NCBI RefSeq assembly: GCF_009914755.1
Contig: NC_060939.1
Reading direction: 5' to 3' (one strand)
Source: the human T2T-CHM13v2.0 reference genome, Homo sapiens
DNA: 64,000 nucleotides
In this document: positions 39,009-54,800 of the stretch, piece by piece
Layout: the number at the start of each line of letters is the position of its first letter
Position numbering within the stretch: position 1 is the first letter of the stretch
Notes under the pieces: generated by a model
Told to the model about the DNA's origin: nothing
Seen by the model: only the letters and a program-made list of their open reading frames with translations
Database searches by the model: none
Program-made: the position numbers and the translations under genes

Positions 39009-42000
39009 ATTCCACTCGTTTCCTTTCCTTTCGAGTCCATTCCTCTCCAGTCCATTCCGTTCAATCCATTCCATTCCAGTCCATTCCATTCGAGTCCGTT
39101 CCATTCCAGTCCATTCCATTCGAGTCAATTCCATTCAATTCGATGTCTTTCCATAACGATCCATTCCATTCTATTCCTTTCGATTCCATTCCATTCTATT
39201 TCATTCCATTCGATTCCCTTCCATTGGACTCCTTTCCATTCGAGTGCATTCCATTCCGTTCCATTTCTTTCCGTTCTGTACGATTCCTACCGTTCGATTT
39301 CATTTTGTTCCAGTCCATTCCTTTCGCGTCCATTCCATTCCATTTCACTCCATTCGATTCCATTCCACTCGATTCCACTTCGTTCCATTTCATTGCATTC
39401 CATTCTATTCAACTCTATTGCCTTCCATTCCATTCCATTCGATTACATTCCATGCGATTCCATTCGAAATCGAATCAATTACATTGCAATCCATTACTAT
39501 TGAGTCCGTTTTATTCCAGTCCACTGCATTCTGGTCCATTCCATTTGATTCCATTCCATTTTATTCCATTCCATACAGTTGCATTCCATTGGATTCCATG
39601 CTGTATCTATAAATTCAATTCGAGACCATTGCTTTTGAGTCCATTCTATATGTTTCCATTCCATTCAAGTCCATTACATTTGTTTCAATTCCATTCCATT
39701 CCATTCCCTTCCATTCCATTCCAGTTGATATCAATCCATTCGATTCCATTCCATTCGAGCACATTCCATTCGAGTCCATTCCATTCGATGCCATTCCATT
39801 TGATTCTATTCCATTAGTCTCCATTCAATTCCATTAATCTCCATTCCATTCCATTCTACTCCAACTGATTCCATTCCATTCTATTCCTTTCCATTCCATT
39901 TCATTCCATTCCATTCCATTTCATTCCATTCCATTCCATTCGCTTCCATTCCATTCGTGTCCATTCCACTCCAGTCCATTCCATTTGTGTCCACTGCATT
40001 CCATTCCACTCCATTCCATATTATTCCATTACACTCCATTCCATTCTATTACTTTCATTTCCATTCAATTCCATTCCATTTGATTCCATTCCACTCGGTT
40101 TCATTCCATTTGAGTCCACTCCATTCCATTCCATTCCATTCCATTCACTTCCATTCTATTCTGTTCCATTCCATTCCGTTCCATTGCATTCCATTCCATT
40201 CGGTACCATTCCATATTGTTCCATTCGATTCCATTCGAATCCATTCCATTCCACTCCATTCCATTCGATTCCATTCCATTCCTTTCCATTCCATTCCATT
40301 CCATTCCGTTCCATTCCACTTGATTCCACTCCATTCCCTTCCACTGCATTCCATTCGATTCCATTCCATTGCATTGCATTCCATTCCATTGGACTGCATT
40401 CCATTCGATTCCATTCCATTCGAATCAATTACATAGCAATCCATTACATTCGAGTCTATTCTATTCCGTTCCATTCGATTTCATTCCAATCCATTCGATT
40501 CCATTCCATTCGATTCCATTCCATACTATTGCATTCCATTCGATTACATTATATTCGAATAAGTTCCATTCAAGACCATTTCTTTTGAGTCCATTCTATT
40601 TGAGTCCATTCCCTTTGATTCCATAACATTTGAGTCCATTCAATTCCATTCCTTTCGTTTCCATTCCATTTGATGCCATTCCATTCAATTCTGTTCTACT
40701 CGACTCCAATACATTCAATTCCATTCCATCCGATTCCATTACATTCTTTTCATTTCTTATCCATTTCAAGCCATTCCACTCCATTCCATTCCACTCGTTT
40801 CCTTTCCATTCGAGTCCATTCCTCTCCAGTCCATTCCGTTCAATCCATTCCATTCCAGTCCATTCCATTCGAGTCCGTTCCATTCCAGTCCATTCCATTC
40901 GAGTCAATTCCATCCCATTCGATGTCTTTCCATAACGATCCATTCCATTCTATTCCTTTCGATTCCATTCCATTCTATTTCATTCCATTCGATTCCCTTC
41001 CATTGGACTCCTTTCCATTCGAGTGCATTCCATTCCTTTCCATTTCTTTCCGTTCTGTACGATTCCTACCGTTCGATTTCATTTTGTTCCAGTCCATTCC
41101 TTTCGCGTCCATTCCATTCCATTTCACACCATTCGATTCCATTCCACTCGATTCCACTTCGTTCCATTTCATTGCATTCCATTCTATTCAACTCTATTGC
41201 CTTCCATTCCATTCCATTCGATTACATTCCATGCGATTCCATTCGAAATCGAATCAATTACATTGCTATCCATTACTATTGAGTCCATTTTATTCCAGTC
41301 CACTGCATTCTGGTCCATTCCATTTGATTCCATTCCATTCTATTCCATTCCATACAGTTGCATTCCATTGGATTCCATTCTATATCTATAAATTCAATTC
41401 GAGACCATTGCTTTTGAGTCCATTCTATATGATTCCATTCCATTCAAGTCCATTACATTTGGTTCAATTCCATTCCATTCCATTCCCTTCCATTCCATTC
41501 CAGTTGATATCAATCCATTCGATTCCATTCCATTCGAGCACATTCCATTCGAGTCCATTCCATTCGATGCCATTCCATTTGATTCTATTCCACTAGTCTC
41601 CATTCAATTCCATTAATCTCCATTCCATTCCATTCTACTCCAACTGATTCCATTCCATTATATTCCTTTCCATTCCATTTCATTCGATTCCATTCCATTT
41701 CATTCCATTCCATTCCATTCGCTTCCATTCCATTCGTGTCCATTCCACTCCAGTCCATTCCATTCGTGTCCATTCCATTCCAGTCCATTCCATTTCTGTC
41801 CACTGCATTCCATTCCACTCCATTCCATATTATTCCATTACACTCCATTCCATTCTATTACTTTCATTTCCATTCAATTCCATTCCATTTGATTCCATTC
41901 CACTCGGTTTCATTCCATTTGAGTCCACTCCATTCCATTCCATTCCATTCCATTCAGTTCCATTCCATTCTGTTCCATTCCATTCCGTTCCATTGCATTC

Positions 42001-45000
42001 CATTCCATTCGGTACCATTCCATATTGTTCCATTCGATTCCATTCGAATCCATTCCATTCCAGTCCATTCCATTCGATTCCATTCCATTCCTTTCAATTC
42101 CATTCCATTCCATTCCATTCCACTTGATTCCACTCCATTCCCTTCCACTGCATTCCATTCGATTCCATTCCATTGCATTGCATTCCATTCCATTGGACTG
42201 CATTCCATTCGATTCCATTCCATTCGAATCAATTACATAGCAATCCATTACATTCGAGTCTATTCTATTCCGTTCCATTCGATTTCGTTCCAATCCATTC
42301 GATTCCATTCCATTCGATTCCATTCCATACTATTGCATTCCATTCGATTACATTATATTCGAATAAGTTCCATTCAAGACCATTTCTTTTGAGTCCATTC
42401 TATTTGAGTCCATTCCCTTTGATTCCATATCATTTGAGTCCATTCAATTCCATTCCTTTCGTTTGCATTCCATTTGATGCCATTCCATTCAATTCTGTTC
42501 TACTCGACTCCAATACATTCAATTCCATTCCATCCGATTCCATTACATTCTTTTCATTTCTTATCCATTTCAAGCCATTCCACTCCATTCCATTCCACTC
42601 GTTTCCTTTCCTTTCGAGTCCATTCCTCTCCAGTCCATTCCGTTCAATCCATTCCATTCCAGTCCATTCCATTCGAGTCCGTTCCATTCCAGTCCATTCC
42701 ATTCGAGTCAATTCCATTCCATTCGATGTCTTTCCATAATGATCCATTCCATTCTATTCCTTTCGATTCCATTCCATTCTATTTCATTCCATTCGATTCC
42801 CTTCCATTGGACTCCTTTCCATTCGAGTGCATTCCTTTCCGTTCCATTTCTTTCCGTTCTGTACGATTCCTACCGTTCGATTTCATTTTGTTCCAGTCCA
42901 TTCTTTCGCGTCCATTCCATTCCATTTCACTCCATTCGATTCCATTCCACTCGATTCCACTTCGTTCCATTTCATTGCATTCCATTCTATTCAACTCTAT
43001 TGCCTTCCATTCCATTCCATTCGATTACATTCCATGCGATTCCATTCGAAATCGAATCAATTACATTGCAATCCATTACTATTGAGTCCGTTTTATTCCA
43101 GTCCACTGCATTCTGGTCCATTCCATTTGATTCCATTCCATTCTATTCCATTCCATACAGTTGCATTCCATTGGATTCCATGCTATATCTATAAATTCAA
43201 TTCGAGACCATTGCTTTTGAGTCCATTCTATATGATTCCATTCCATTCAAGTCCATTACATTTGGTTCAATTCCATTCCATTCCATTCCCTTCCATTCCA
43301 TTCCAGTTGATATCAATCCATTCGATTCCATTCCATTCGAGCACATTCCATTCGAGTCCATTCCATTCGATGCCATTCCATTTGATTCTATTCCATTAGT
43401 CTCCATTCAATTCCATTAATCTCCATTCCATTCCATTCTACTCCAACTGATTCCATTCCATTCTATTCCTTTCCATTCCATTTCATTCCATTCCATTCCA
43501 TTTCATTCCATTCCATTCCATTCGTGTCCATTCCACTCCAGTCCATTCCATTCGTGTCCATTCCATTCCAGTCCATTCCATTTGTGTCCACTGCATTCCA
43601 TTCCACTCCATTCCATATTATTCCATTATACTCCATTCCATTCTATTACTTTCATTTCCATTCAATTCCATTCCATTTGATTCCATTCCACTCGGTTTCA
43701 TTCCATTTGAGTCCACTCCATTCCATTCCATTCCATTCCATTCCATTCAGTTCCATTCCATTCTGTTCCATTCCATTCCGTTCCATTACATTCCATTCCA
43801 TTCGGTACCATTCCATATTGTTCCATTCGATTCCATTCGAATCCATTCCATTCCAGTCCATTCCATTCGATTCCATTCCATTCATTTCAATTCCATTCCA
43901 TTCCATTCCATTACATTCCACTTGATTCCTCTCCATTCCCTTCCACTGCATTCCGTTCGATTCCATTCCATTGCATTGCATTCCATTCCATTGGATTGCA
44001 TTCCATTCGATTCCATTCCATTCGAATCAATTACATAGCAATCCATTACATTCGAGTCTATTCTATTCCGTTCCATTCGATTTCGTTCCAATCCATTCGA
44101 TTCCATTCCATTCGATTCCATTCCATACTATTGCATTCCATTCTATTACATTATATTCGAATAAGTTCCATTCAAGACCATTTCTTTTGAGTCCATTCTA
44201 TTTGAGTCCATTCCCTTTGATTCCATAACATTTGAGTCCATTCAATTCCATTCCTTTCGTTCCCATTCCATTTGATGCCATTCCATTCAATTCTGTTCTA
44301 CTCGACTCCAATACATTCAATTCCATTCCATCCGATTCCATTACATTCTTTTCATTTCTTATCCATTTCAAGCCATTCCACTCCATTCCATTCCACTCGT
44401 TTCCTTTCCATTCGAGTCCATTCCTCTCCAGTCCATTCCGTTCAATCCATTCCATTCCAGTCCATTCCATTCGAGTCCGTTCCATTCCAGTCCACTCCAT
44501 TCGAGTCAATTCCATCCCATTCGATGTCTTTCCATAACGATCCATTCCATTCTATTCCTTTCGATTCCATTCCATTCTATTTCATTCCATTCGATTCCCT
44601 TCCATTGGACTCCTTTCCATTCGAGTGCATTCCATTCCGTTCCATTTCTTACCGTTCTGTACGATTCCTACCGTTCGATTTCATTTTGTTCCAGTCCATT
44701 CCTTTCGCGTCCATTCCATTCCATTTCACTCCATTCGATTCCATTCCACTCGATTCCACTTCGTTCCATTTCATTGCATTCCATTCTATTCAACTCTATT
44801 GCCTTCCATTCCATTCCATTCGATTACATTCCATGCGATTCCATTCGAAATCGAATCAATTACATTGCAATCCATTACTATTGAGTCCATTTTATTCCAG
44901 TCCACTGCATTCTGGTCCATTCCATTTGATTCCATTCCATTCTATTCCATTCCATACAGTTGCATTCCATTGGATTCCATTCTATATCTATAAATTCAAT

Positions 45001-48000
45001 TCGAGACCATTGCTTTTGAATCCATTCTATATGATTCCATTCCATTCAAGTCCATTACATTTGGTTCAATTCCATTCCATTCCATTCCCTTCCATTCCAT
45101 TCCATTTGATATCAATCCATTCGATTCCATTCCATTCGAGCACATTCCATTTGAGTCCATTCCATTCGATGCCATTCCATTTGATTCTATTCCATTAGTC
45201 TCCATTCAATTCCATTAATCTCCATTCCATTCCATTCTACTCCAACTGATTCCATTCCATTCTATTCCTTTCCATTCCATTTCATTCCATTCCATTCCAT
45301 TTCATTCCTTTCCATTCCATTCGCTTCCATTCCATTCGTGTGCATTCCACTCCAGTCCATTCCATTCGTGTCCATTCCATTCCAGTCCATTCCATTTGTG
45401 TCCACTGCATTCCATTCCACTCCATTCCATATTATTCCATTACACTCCATTCCATTCTATTACTTTCATTTCCATTCAATTCCATTCCATTTGATTCCAT
45501 TCCACTCGGTTTCATTCCATTTGAGTCCACTCCATTCCATTCCATTCCATTCCATTCAGTTCCATTCCATTCCGTTCCATTCCATTCCGTTCCATTGCAT
45601 TCCATTCCATTCGGTACCATTCCATATTGTTCCATTCGATTCCATTCGAATCCATTCCATTCCAGTCCATTCCATTCGATTCCATTCCATTCCTTTCAAT
45701 TCCATTCCATTCCATTCCATTCCACTTGATTCCACTCCATTCCCTTCCACTGCATTCCATTCGATTCCATTCCATTGCATTGCATTCCATTCCATTGGAC
45801 TGCATTCCATTGGATTCCATTCCATTCGAATCAATTACATAGCAATCCATTACATTCGAGTCTATTCTATTCCGTTCCATTCGATTTCGTTCCAATCCAT
45901 TCGATTCCATTCCATTCGATTCCATTCCATACTATTGCATTCCATTCTATTACATTATATACGAATAAGTGCCATTCAAGACCATTTCTTTTGAGTCCAT
46001 TCTATTTGAGTCCATTCCCTTTGATTCCATAACATTTGAGTCCATTCAATTCCATTCCTTTCGTTTGCATTCCATTTGATGCCATTCCATTCAATTCTGT
46101 TCTACTCGACTCCAATACATTCAATTCCATTCCATCCGATTCCATTACATTCTTTTCATTTCTTATCCATTTCAAGCCATTCCACTCCATTCCATTCCAC
46201 TCGTTTCCTTTCCATTCGAGTCCATTCCTCTCCAGTCCATTCCGTTCAATCCATTCCATTCCAGTCCATTCCATTCGAGTCCGTTCCATTCCAGTCCATT
46301 CCATTCGAGTCAATTCCATTCCATTCGATGTCTTTCCATAACGATCCATTCCATTCTATTCCTTTCGATTCCATTCCATTCTATTTCATTCCATTCGATT
46401 CCCTTCCATTGGACTCCTTTCCATTCGAGTGCATTCCATTCCGTTCCATTTCTTTCCGTTCGGTACGATTCCTACCGTTCGATTTCATTTTGTTCCAGTC
46501 CATTCCTTTTGCGTCCATTCCATTCCATTTCACTCCATTCGATTCCATTCTACTCGATTCCACTTCGTTCCATTTCATTGCATTCCATTCTATTCAACTC
46601 TATTGCCTTCCATTCCATTCCATTCGATTACATTCCATGCGATTCCGTTCGAAATCGAATCAATTACATTGCAATCCATTACTATTGAGTCCGTTTTATT
46701 CCAGTCCACTGCATTCTGGTCCATTCCATTTGATTCCATTCCATTCTATTCCATTCCATACAGTTGCATTCCATTGGATTCCATTCTATATCTATAAATT
46801 CAAATCGAGAACATTGCTTTTGAATCCATTCTATATGATTCCATTCCATTCAAGTCCATTACATTTGGTTCAATTTCATTCCATTCCATTCCCTTCCATT
46901 CCATTCCAGTTGATATCAATCCATTCGATTCCATTCCATTCGAGCACATTCCATTTGAGTCCATTCCATTCGATGCCATTCCATTTGATTATATTCCATT
47001 AGTCTCCATTCAATTCCATTAATCTCCATTCCATTCCATTCTACTCCAACTGATTCCATTCCATTCTATTCCTTTCCATTCCATTTCATTCCATTCCATT
47101 CCATTTCATTCCATTCCATTCCATTTCATTCCATTCCATTCCATTCGCTTCCATTCCATTCGTGTCCATTCCACTCCAGTCCATTCCATTCGTGTCCATT
47201 CCATTCCAGTCCATTCCATTTGTGTCCACTGCATTCCATTCCACTCCATTCCATATTATTCCATTACACTCCATTCCATTCTATTACTTTCATTTCCATT
47301 CAATTCCATTCCATTTGATTCCATTCCACTCGGTTTCATTCCATTTGAGTCCACTCCATTCCATTCCATTCCATTCCATTCAGTTCCATTCCATTCTGTT
47401 CCATTCCATTCCGTTCCATTGCATTCCATTCCATTCGGTACCATTCCATATTGTTCCATTCGATTCCATTCGAATCCATTCCATTCCAGTCCATTCCATT
47501 CGATTCCATTCCATTCCTTTCAATTCCATTCCATTCCATTCCATTCCACTTGATTCCACTCCATTCCCTTCCACTGCATTCCATTCGATTCCATTCCATT
47601 GCATTGCATTCCATTCCATTGGACTGCATTCCATTCGATTCCATTCCATTCGAATCAATTACATAGCAATCCATTACATTCGAGTCTATTCTATTCCGTT
47701 CCATTCGATTTCGTTCCAATCCATTCGATTCCATTCCATTCGATTCCATTCCATACTATTGCATTCCATTCGATTACATTATATTCGAATAAGTTCCATT
47801 CAAGACCATTTCTTTTGAGTCCATTCTATTTGAGTCCATTCCCTTTGATTCCATAACATTTGAGTCCATTCAATTCCATTCCTTTCGTTTCCATTCCATT
47901 TGATGCCATTCCATTCAATTCTGTTCTACTCGACTCCAATACATTCAATTCCATTCCATCCGATTCCATTACATTCTTTTCATTTCTTATCCATTTCAAG

Positions 48001-49900
48001 CCATTCCACTCCATTCCTTTCCACTCGTTTCCTTTCCATTCGAGTCCATTCCTCTCCAGTCCATTCCGTTCAATCCATTCCATTCCAGTCCATTCCATTC
48101 GAGTCCGTTCCATTCCAGTCCATTCCATTCGAGTCAATTCCATTCCATTCGATGTCTTTCCATAACGATCCATTCCATTCTATTCCTTTCGATTCCATTC
48201 CATTCTATTTCATTCCATTCGATTCCCTTCCATTGGACTCCTTTCCATTCGAGTGCATTCCATTCCGTTCCATTTCTTTCCGTTCTGTACGATTCCTACC
48301 GTTCGATTTCATTTTGTTCCAGTCCATTCCTTTCGCGTCCATTCCATTCCATTTCACTCCATTCGATTCCATTCCACTCGATTCCACTTCGTTCCATTTC
48401 ATTGCATTCCATTCTATTCAACTCTATTGCCTTCCATTCCATTCCATTCGATTACATTCCATGCGATTCCATTCGAAATCGAATCAATTACATTGCAATC
48501 CATTACTATTGAGTCCGTTTTATTCCAGTCCACTGCATTCTGGTCCATTCCATTTGATTCCATTCCATTCTATTCCATTCCATACAGTTGCATTCCATTG
48601 GATTCCATTCTATATCTATAAATTCAATTCGAGACCATTGCTTTTGAGTCCATTCTATATGATTCCATTCCATTCAAGTCCATTACATTTGGTTCAATTC
48701 CATTCCATTCCATTCCCTTCCATTCCATTCCAGTTGATATCAATCCATTCGATTCCATGCCATTCGAGCACATTCCATTCGAGTCCATTCCATTCGATGC
48801 CATTCCATTTGATTCTATTCCATTAGTCTCCATTCAATTCCATTAATCTCCATTCCATTCCATTCTACTCCAACTGATTCCATTCCATTCTATTCCTTTC
48901 CATTCCATTTCATTCCATTCCATTCCATTTCATTCCATTCCATTCCATTCGTGTCCATTCCACTCCAGTCCATTCCATTCGTGTCCATTCCATTCCAGTC
49001 CATTCCATTTGTGTCCACTGCATTCCATTCCACTCCATTCCATATTATTCCATTACACTCCATTCCATTCTATTATTTTCATTTCCATTCAATTCCATTC
49101 CATTTGATTCCATTCCACTCGGTTTCATTCCATTTGAGTCCACTCCATTCCATTCCATTCCATTCCATTCCAATCCATTCCATACAGTTCCATTCCATTC
49201 TGTTCCATTCCATTCCGTTCCATTGCATTCCATTCCATTCGGTACCATTCCATATTGTTCCATTCGATTCCATTCGAATCCATTCCATTCCAGTCCATTC
49301 CATTCGATTCCATTCCATTCCTTTCAATTCCATTCCATTCCATTCCATTCCACTTGATTCCACTCCATTCCCTTCCACTGCATTCCATTCGATTCCATTC
49401 CATTGCATTGCATTCCATTCCATTGGACTGCATTCCATTCGATTCCATTCCATTCGAATCAATTACATAGCAATCCATTACATTCGAGTCTATTCTATTC
49501 CGTTCCATTCGATTTCGTTCCAATCCATTCGATTCCATTCCATTCGATTCCATTCCATACTATTGCATTCCATTCGATTACATTATATTCGAATAAGTTC
49601 CATTCAAGACCATTTCTTTTGAGTCCATTCTATTTGAGTCCATTCCCTTTGATTCCATAACATTTGAGTCCATTCAATTCCATTCCTTTCGTTTGCATTC
49701 CATTTGATGCCATTCCATTCAATTCTGTTCTACTCGACTCCAATACATTCAATTCCATTCCATCCGATTCCATTACATTCTTTTCATTTCTTATCCATTT
49801 CAAGCCATTCCACTCCACTCCATTCCACTCGTTTCCTTTCCATTCGAGTCCATTCCTCTCCAGTCCATTCCGTTCAATCCATTCCATTCCAGTCCATTCC
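39009..49900 (+). repeat. Segmental copy of window positions ~1-10900 (offset 39008, then 39028)
   Basis: Same order of unit lengths (1779, 1803, 1799, 1804) and shared rare variants: 1 bp deletion at ~3894/42902, ACTAGT at 2584/41592, ttcttaccg, aaatcgagaacatt, tccaatccattccatacag. Confidence 0.9.
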
Positions 49901-51849
49901 ATTCGAGTCCGTTCCATTCCAGTCCATTCCATTCGAGTCAATTCCATTCCATTCGATGTCTTTCCATAACGATCCATTCCATTCTATTCCTTTCGATTCC
50001 ATTCCATTCTATTTCATTCCATTCGATTCCCTTCCATTGGACTCCTTTCCATTAGAGTGCATTCCATTCCGTTCCATTTCTTTCCGTTCTGTACGATTCC
50101 TACCGTTCGATTTCATTTTGTTCCAGTCCATTCCTTTCGCGTCCATTCCATTCCATTTCACTCCATTCGATTCCATTCCACTCGATTCCACTTCGTTCCA
50201 TTTCATTGCATTCCATTCTATTCAACTCTATTGCCTTCCATTCCATTCCATTCGATTACATTCCATGCGATTCCATTCGAAATCGAATCAATTACATTAC
50301 AATCCATTACTATTGAGTCCGTTTTATTCCAGTCCACTGCATTCTGGTCCATTCCATTTGATTCCATTCCATTTTATTCCATTCCATACAGTTGCATTCC
50401 ATTGGATTCCATGCTATATCTATAAATTCAATTCGAGACCATTGCTTTTGATTCCATTCTATATGTTTCCATTCCATTCAAGTCCATTACATTTGGTTCA
50501 ATTCCATTCCATTCCATTCCCTTCCATTCCATTCCAGTTGATATCAATCCATTCGATTCCATTCCATTCGAGCACATTCCATTCGAGTCCATTCCATTCG
50601 ATGCCATTCCATTTGATTCTATTCCATTAGTCTCCATTCAATTCCATTAATCTCCATTCCATTCCATTCTACTCCAACTGATTCCATTCCATTCTATTCC
50701 TTTCCATTCCATTTCATTCCATTCCATTCCATTCGCTTCCATTCCATTCGTGTCCATTCCACTCCAGTCGATTCCATTTGTGTCCACTGCATTCCATTCC
50801 ACTCCATTCCATATTATTCCATTACACTCCATTCCATTCTATTACTTTCATTTCCATTCAATTCCATTCCATTTGATTCCATTCCACTCGGTTTCATTCC
50901 ATTTGAGTCCACTCCATTCCATTCCATTCCATTCAGTTCCATTCCATTCTGTTCCATTCCATTCCGTTCCATTGCATTCCATTCCATTCGGTACCATTCC
51001 ATATTGTTCCATTCGATTCCATTCGAATCCATTCCATTCCAGTCCATTCCATTCGATTCCATTCCATTCCTTTCAATTCCATTCCATTCCATTCCATTCC
51101 ACTTGATTCCACTCCATTCCCTTCCACTGCATTCCATTCGATTCCATTCCATTGCATTGCATTCCATTCCATTGGACTGCATTCCATTCGATTCCATTCC
51201 ATTCGAATCAATTACATAGCAATCCATTACATTCGAGTCTATTCTATTCCGTTCCATTCGATTTCGTTCCAATCCATTCGATTCCATTCCATTCGATTCC
51301 ATTCCATACTATTGCATTCCATTCGATTACATTATATTCGAATAAGTTCCATTCAAGACCATTTCTATTGAGTCCATTCTATTTGAGTCCATTCCCTTTG
51401 ATTCCATAACATTTGAGTCCATTCAATTCCATTCCTTTCGTTTCCATTCCATTTGATGCCATTCCATTCAATTCTGTTCTACTCGACTCCAATACATTCA
51501 ATTCCATTCCATCCGATTCCATTACATTCTTTTCATTTCTTATCCATTTCAAGCCATTCCACTCCATTCCATTCCACTCGTTTCCTTTCCATTCGAGTCC
51601 ATTCCTCTCCAGTCCATTCCGTTCAATCCATTCCATTCCAGTCCATTCCATTCGAGTCCGTTCCATTCCAGTCCATTCCATTCGAGTCAATTCCATCCCA
51701 TTCGATGTCTTTCCATAACGATCCATTCCATTCTATTCCTTTCGATTCCATTCCATTCTATTTCATTCCATTCGATTCCCTTCCATTGGACTCCTTTCCA
51801 TTAGAGTGCATTCCATTCCGTTCCATTTCTTTCCGTTCTGTACGATTCC

Positions 51850-54800
51850 TACCGTTCGATTTCATTTTGTTCCAGTCCATTCCTTTCGCGTCCATTCCAT
51901 TCCATTTCACTCCATTCGATTCCATTCCATTTCACTCCATTCGATTCCATTCCACTCGATTCCACTTCGTTCCATTTCATTGCATTCCATTCTATTCAAC
52001 TCTATTGCCTTCCATTCCATTCCATTCGATTACATTCCATGCGATTCCATTCGAAATCGAATCAATTACATTGCAATCCATAACTATTGAGTCCGTTTTA
52101 TTCCAGTCCACTGCATTCTGGTCCATTCCATTTGATTCCATTCCATTCTATTCCATTCCATACAGTTGCATTCCATTGGATTCCATGCTATATCTATAAA
52201 TTCAATTCGAGACCATTGCTTTTGAGTCCATTCTATATGATTCCATTCCATTCAAGTCCATTACATTTGGTTCAATTCCATTCCATTCCATTCCCTTCCA
52301 TTCCATTCCATTTGATATCAATCCATTCGATTCCATTCCATTCGAGCACATTCCATTCGAGTCCATTCCATTCGATGCCATTCCATTTGATTCTATTCCA
52401 TTAGTCTCCATTCAATTCCATTAATCTCCATTCCATTCCATTCTACTCCAACTGATTCCATTCCATTCTATTCCTTTCCATTCCATTTCATTCCATTCCA
52501 TTCCATTTCATTCCATTCCATTCCATTGGTGTCCATTCCACTCCAGTCTATTCCATTCGTGTCCATTCCATTCCAGTCCAATCCATTTGTGTCCACTGCA
52601 TTCCATTCCACTCCATTCCATATTATTCCATTACACTCCATTCCATTCTATTACTTTCATTTCCATTCAATTCCATTCCATTTGATTCCATTCCACTCGG
52701 TTTCATTCCATTTGAGTCCACTCCATTCCATTCCATTCCATTCCATTCAGTTCCATTCCATTCTGTTCCATTCCATTCCGTTCCATTCCATTCCATTCCA
52801 TTCGGTACCATTCCATATTGTTCCATTCGATTCCATTCGAATCCATTCCATTCCAGTCCATTCCATTCGATTCCATTCCATTCATTTCAATTCCATTCCA
52901 TTCCATTCCATTCCATTCCACTTGATTCCTCTCCATTCCCTTCCACTGCATTCCGTTCGATTCCATTCCATTGCATTGCATTCCATTCCATTGGATTGCA
53001 TTCCATTCGATTCCATTCCATTCGAATCAATTACATAGCAATCCATTGCATTCGAGTCTATTCTATTCCGTTCCATTCGATTTCGTTCCAATCCATTCGA
53101 TTCCATTCCATTCGATTCCATTCCATACTATTGCATTCCATTCGATTACATTATATTCGAATAAGTTCCATTCAAGACCATTTCTTTTGAGTCCATTCTA
53201 TTTGAGTCCATTCCCTTTGATTCCATAACATTTGAGTCCATTCAATTCCATTCCTTTCGTTTCCATTCCATTTGATGCCATTCCATTCAATTCTGTTCTA
53301 CTCGACTCCAATACATTCAATTCCATTCCATCCGATTCCATTACATTCTTTTCATTTCTTATCCATTTCAAGCCATTCCACTCCATTCCATTCCACTCGT
53401 TTCCTTTCCATTCGAGTCCATTCCTCTCCAGTCCATTCCGTTCAATCCATTCCATTCCAGTCCATTCCATTCGAGTCCGTTCCATTCCAGTCCATTCCAT
53501 TCGAGTCAATTCCATTCCATTCGATGTCTTTCCATAACGATCCATTCCATTCTATTCCTTTCGATTCCATTCCATTCTATTTCATTCCATTCGATTCCCT
53601 TCCATTGGACTCCTTTCCATTCGAGTGCATTCCATTCCTTTCCATTTCTTTCCGTTCTGTACGATTCCTACCGTTCGATTTCATTTTGTTCCAGTCCATT
53701 CCTTTCGCGTCCATTCCATTCCATTTCACTCCATTCGATTCCATTCCACTCGATTCCACTTCGTTCCATTTCATTGCATTCCATTCTATTCAACTCTATT
53801 GCCTTCCATTCCATTCCATTCGATTACATTCCATGCGATTCCATTCGAAATCGAATCAATTACATTGCAATCCATTACTATTGAGTCCGTTTTATTCCAG
53901 TCCACTGCATTCTGGTCCATTCCATTTGATTCCATTCCATTCTATTCCATTCCATACAGTTGCATTCCATTGGATTCCATGCTATATCTATAAATTCAAT
54001 TCGAGACCATTGCTTTTGAGTCCATTCTATATGATTCCATTCCATTCAAGTCCATTACATTTGGTTCAATTCCATTCCATTCCATTCCCTTCCATTCCAT
54101 TCCAGTTGATATCAATCCATTCGATTCCATTCCATTCGAGCACATTCCATTCGAGTCCATTCCATTCGATGCCATTCCATTTGATTCTATTCCATTAGTC
54201 TCCATTCAATTCCATTAATCTCCATTCCATTCCATTCTACTCCAACTGATTCCATTTCATTATATTCCTTTCCATTCCATTTCATTCCATTCCATTCCAT
54301 TTCATTCCATTCCATTCCATTCGTGTCCATTCCACTCCAGTCCATTCCATTCGTGTCCATTCCATTCCAGTCCATTCCATTTGTGTCCCCTGCATTCCAT
54401 TAAATTCCATTCCATATTATTCCATTACACTCCATTCAATTCTATTACTTTCATTTCCATTCAATTCCATTCCATTTGATTCCATTCCACTCGGTTTCAT
54501 TCCATTTGAGTCCACTCCATTCCATTCCATTCCATTCCATTCCATTCAGTTCCATTCCATTCTATTCCATTCCATTCCGTTCCATTACATTCCATTCCAT
54601 TCGGTACCATTCCATATTGTTCCATTCGATTCCATTCGAATCCATTCCATTCCAGTCCATTCCATTCGATTCCATTCCATTCATTTGAATTCCATTCCAT
54701 TCCATTCCATTACATTCCACTTGATTCCTCTCCATTCCCTTCCACTGCATTCCGTTCGATTCCATTCCATTGCATTGCATTCCATTCCATTGGATTGCAT

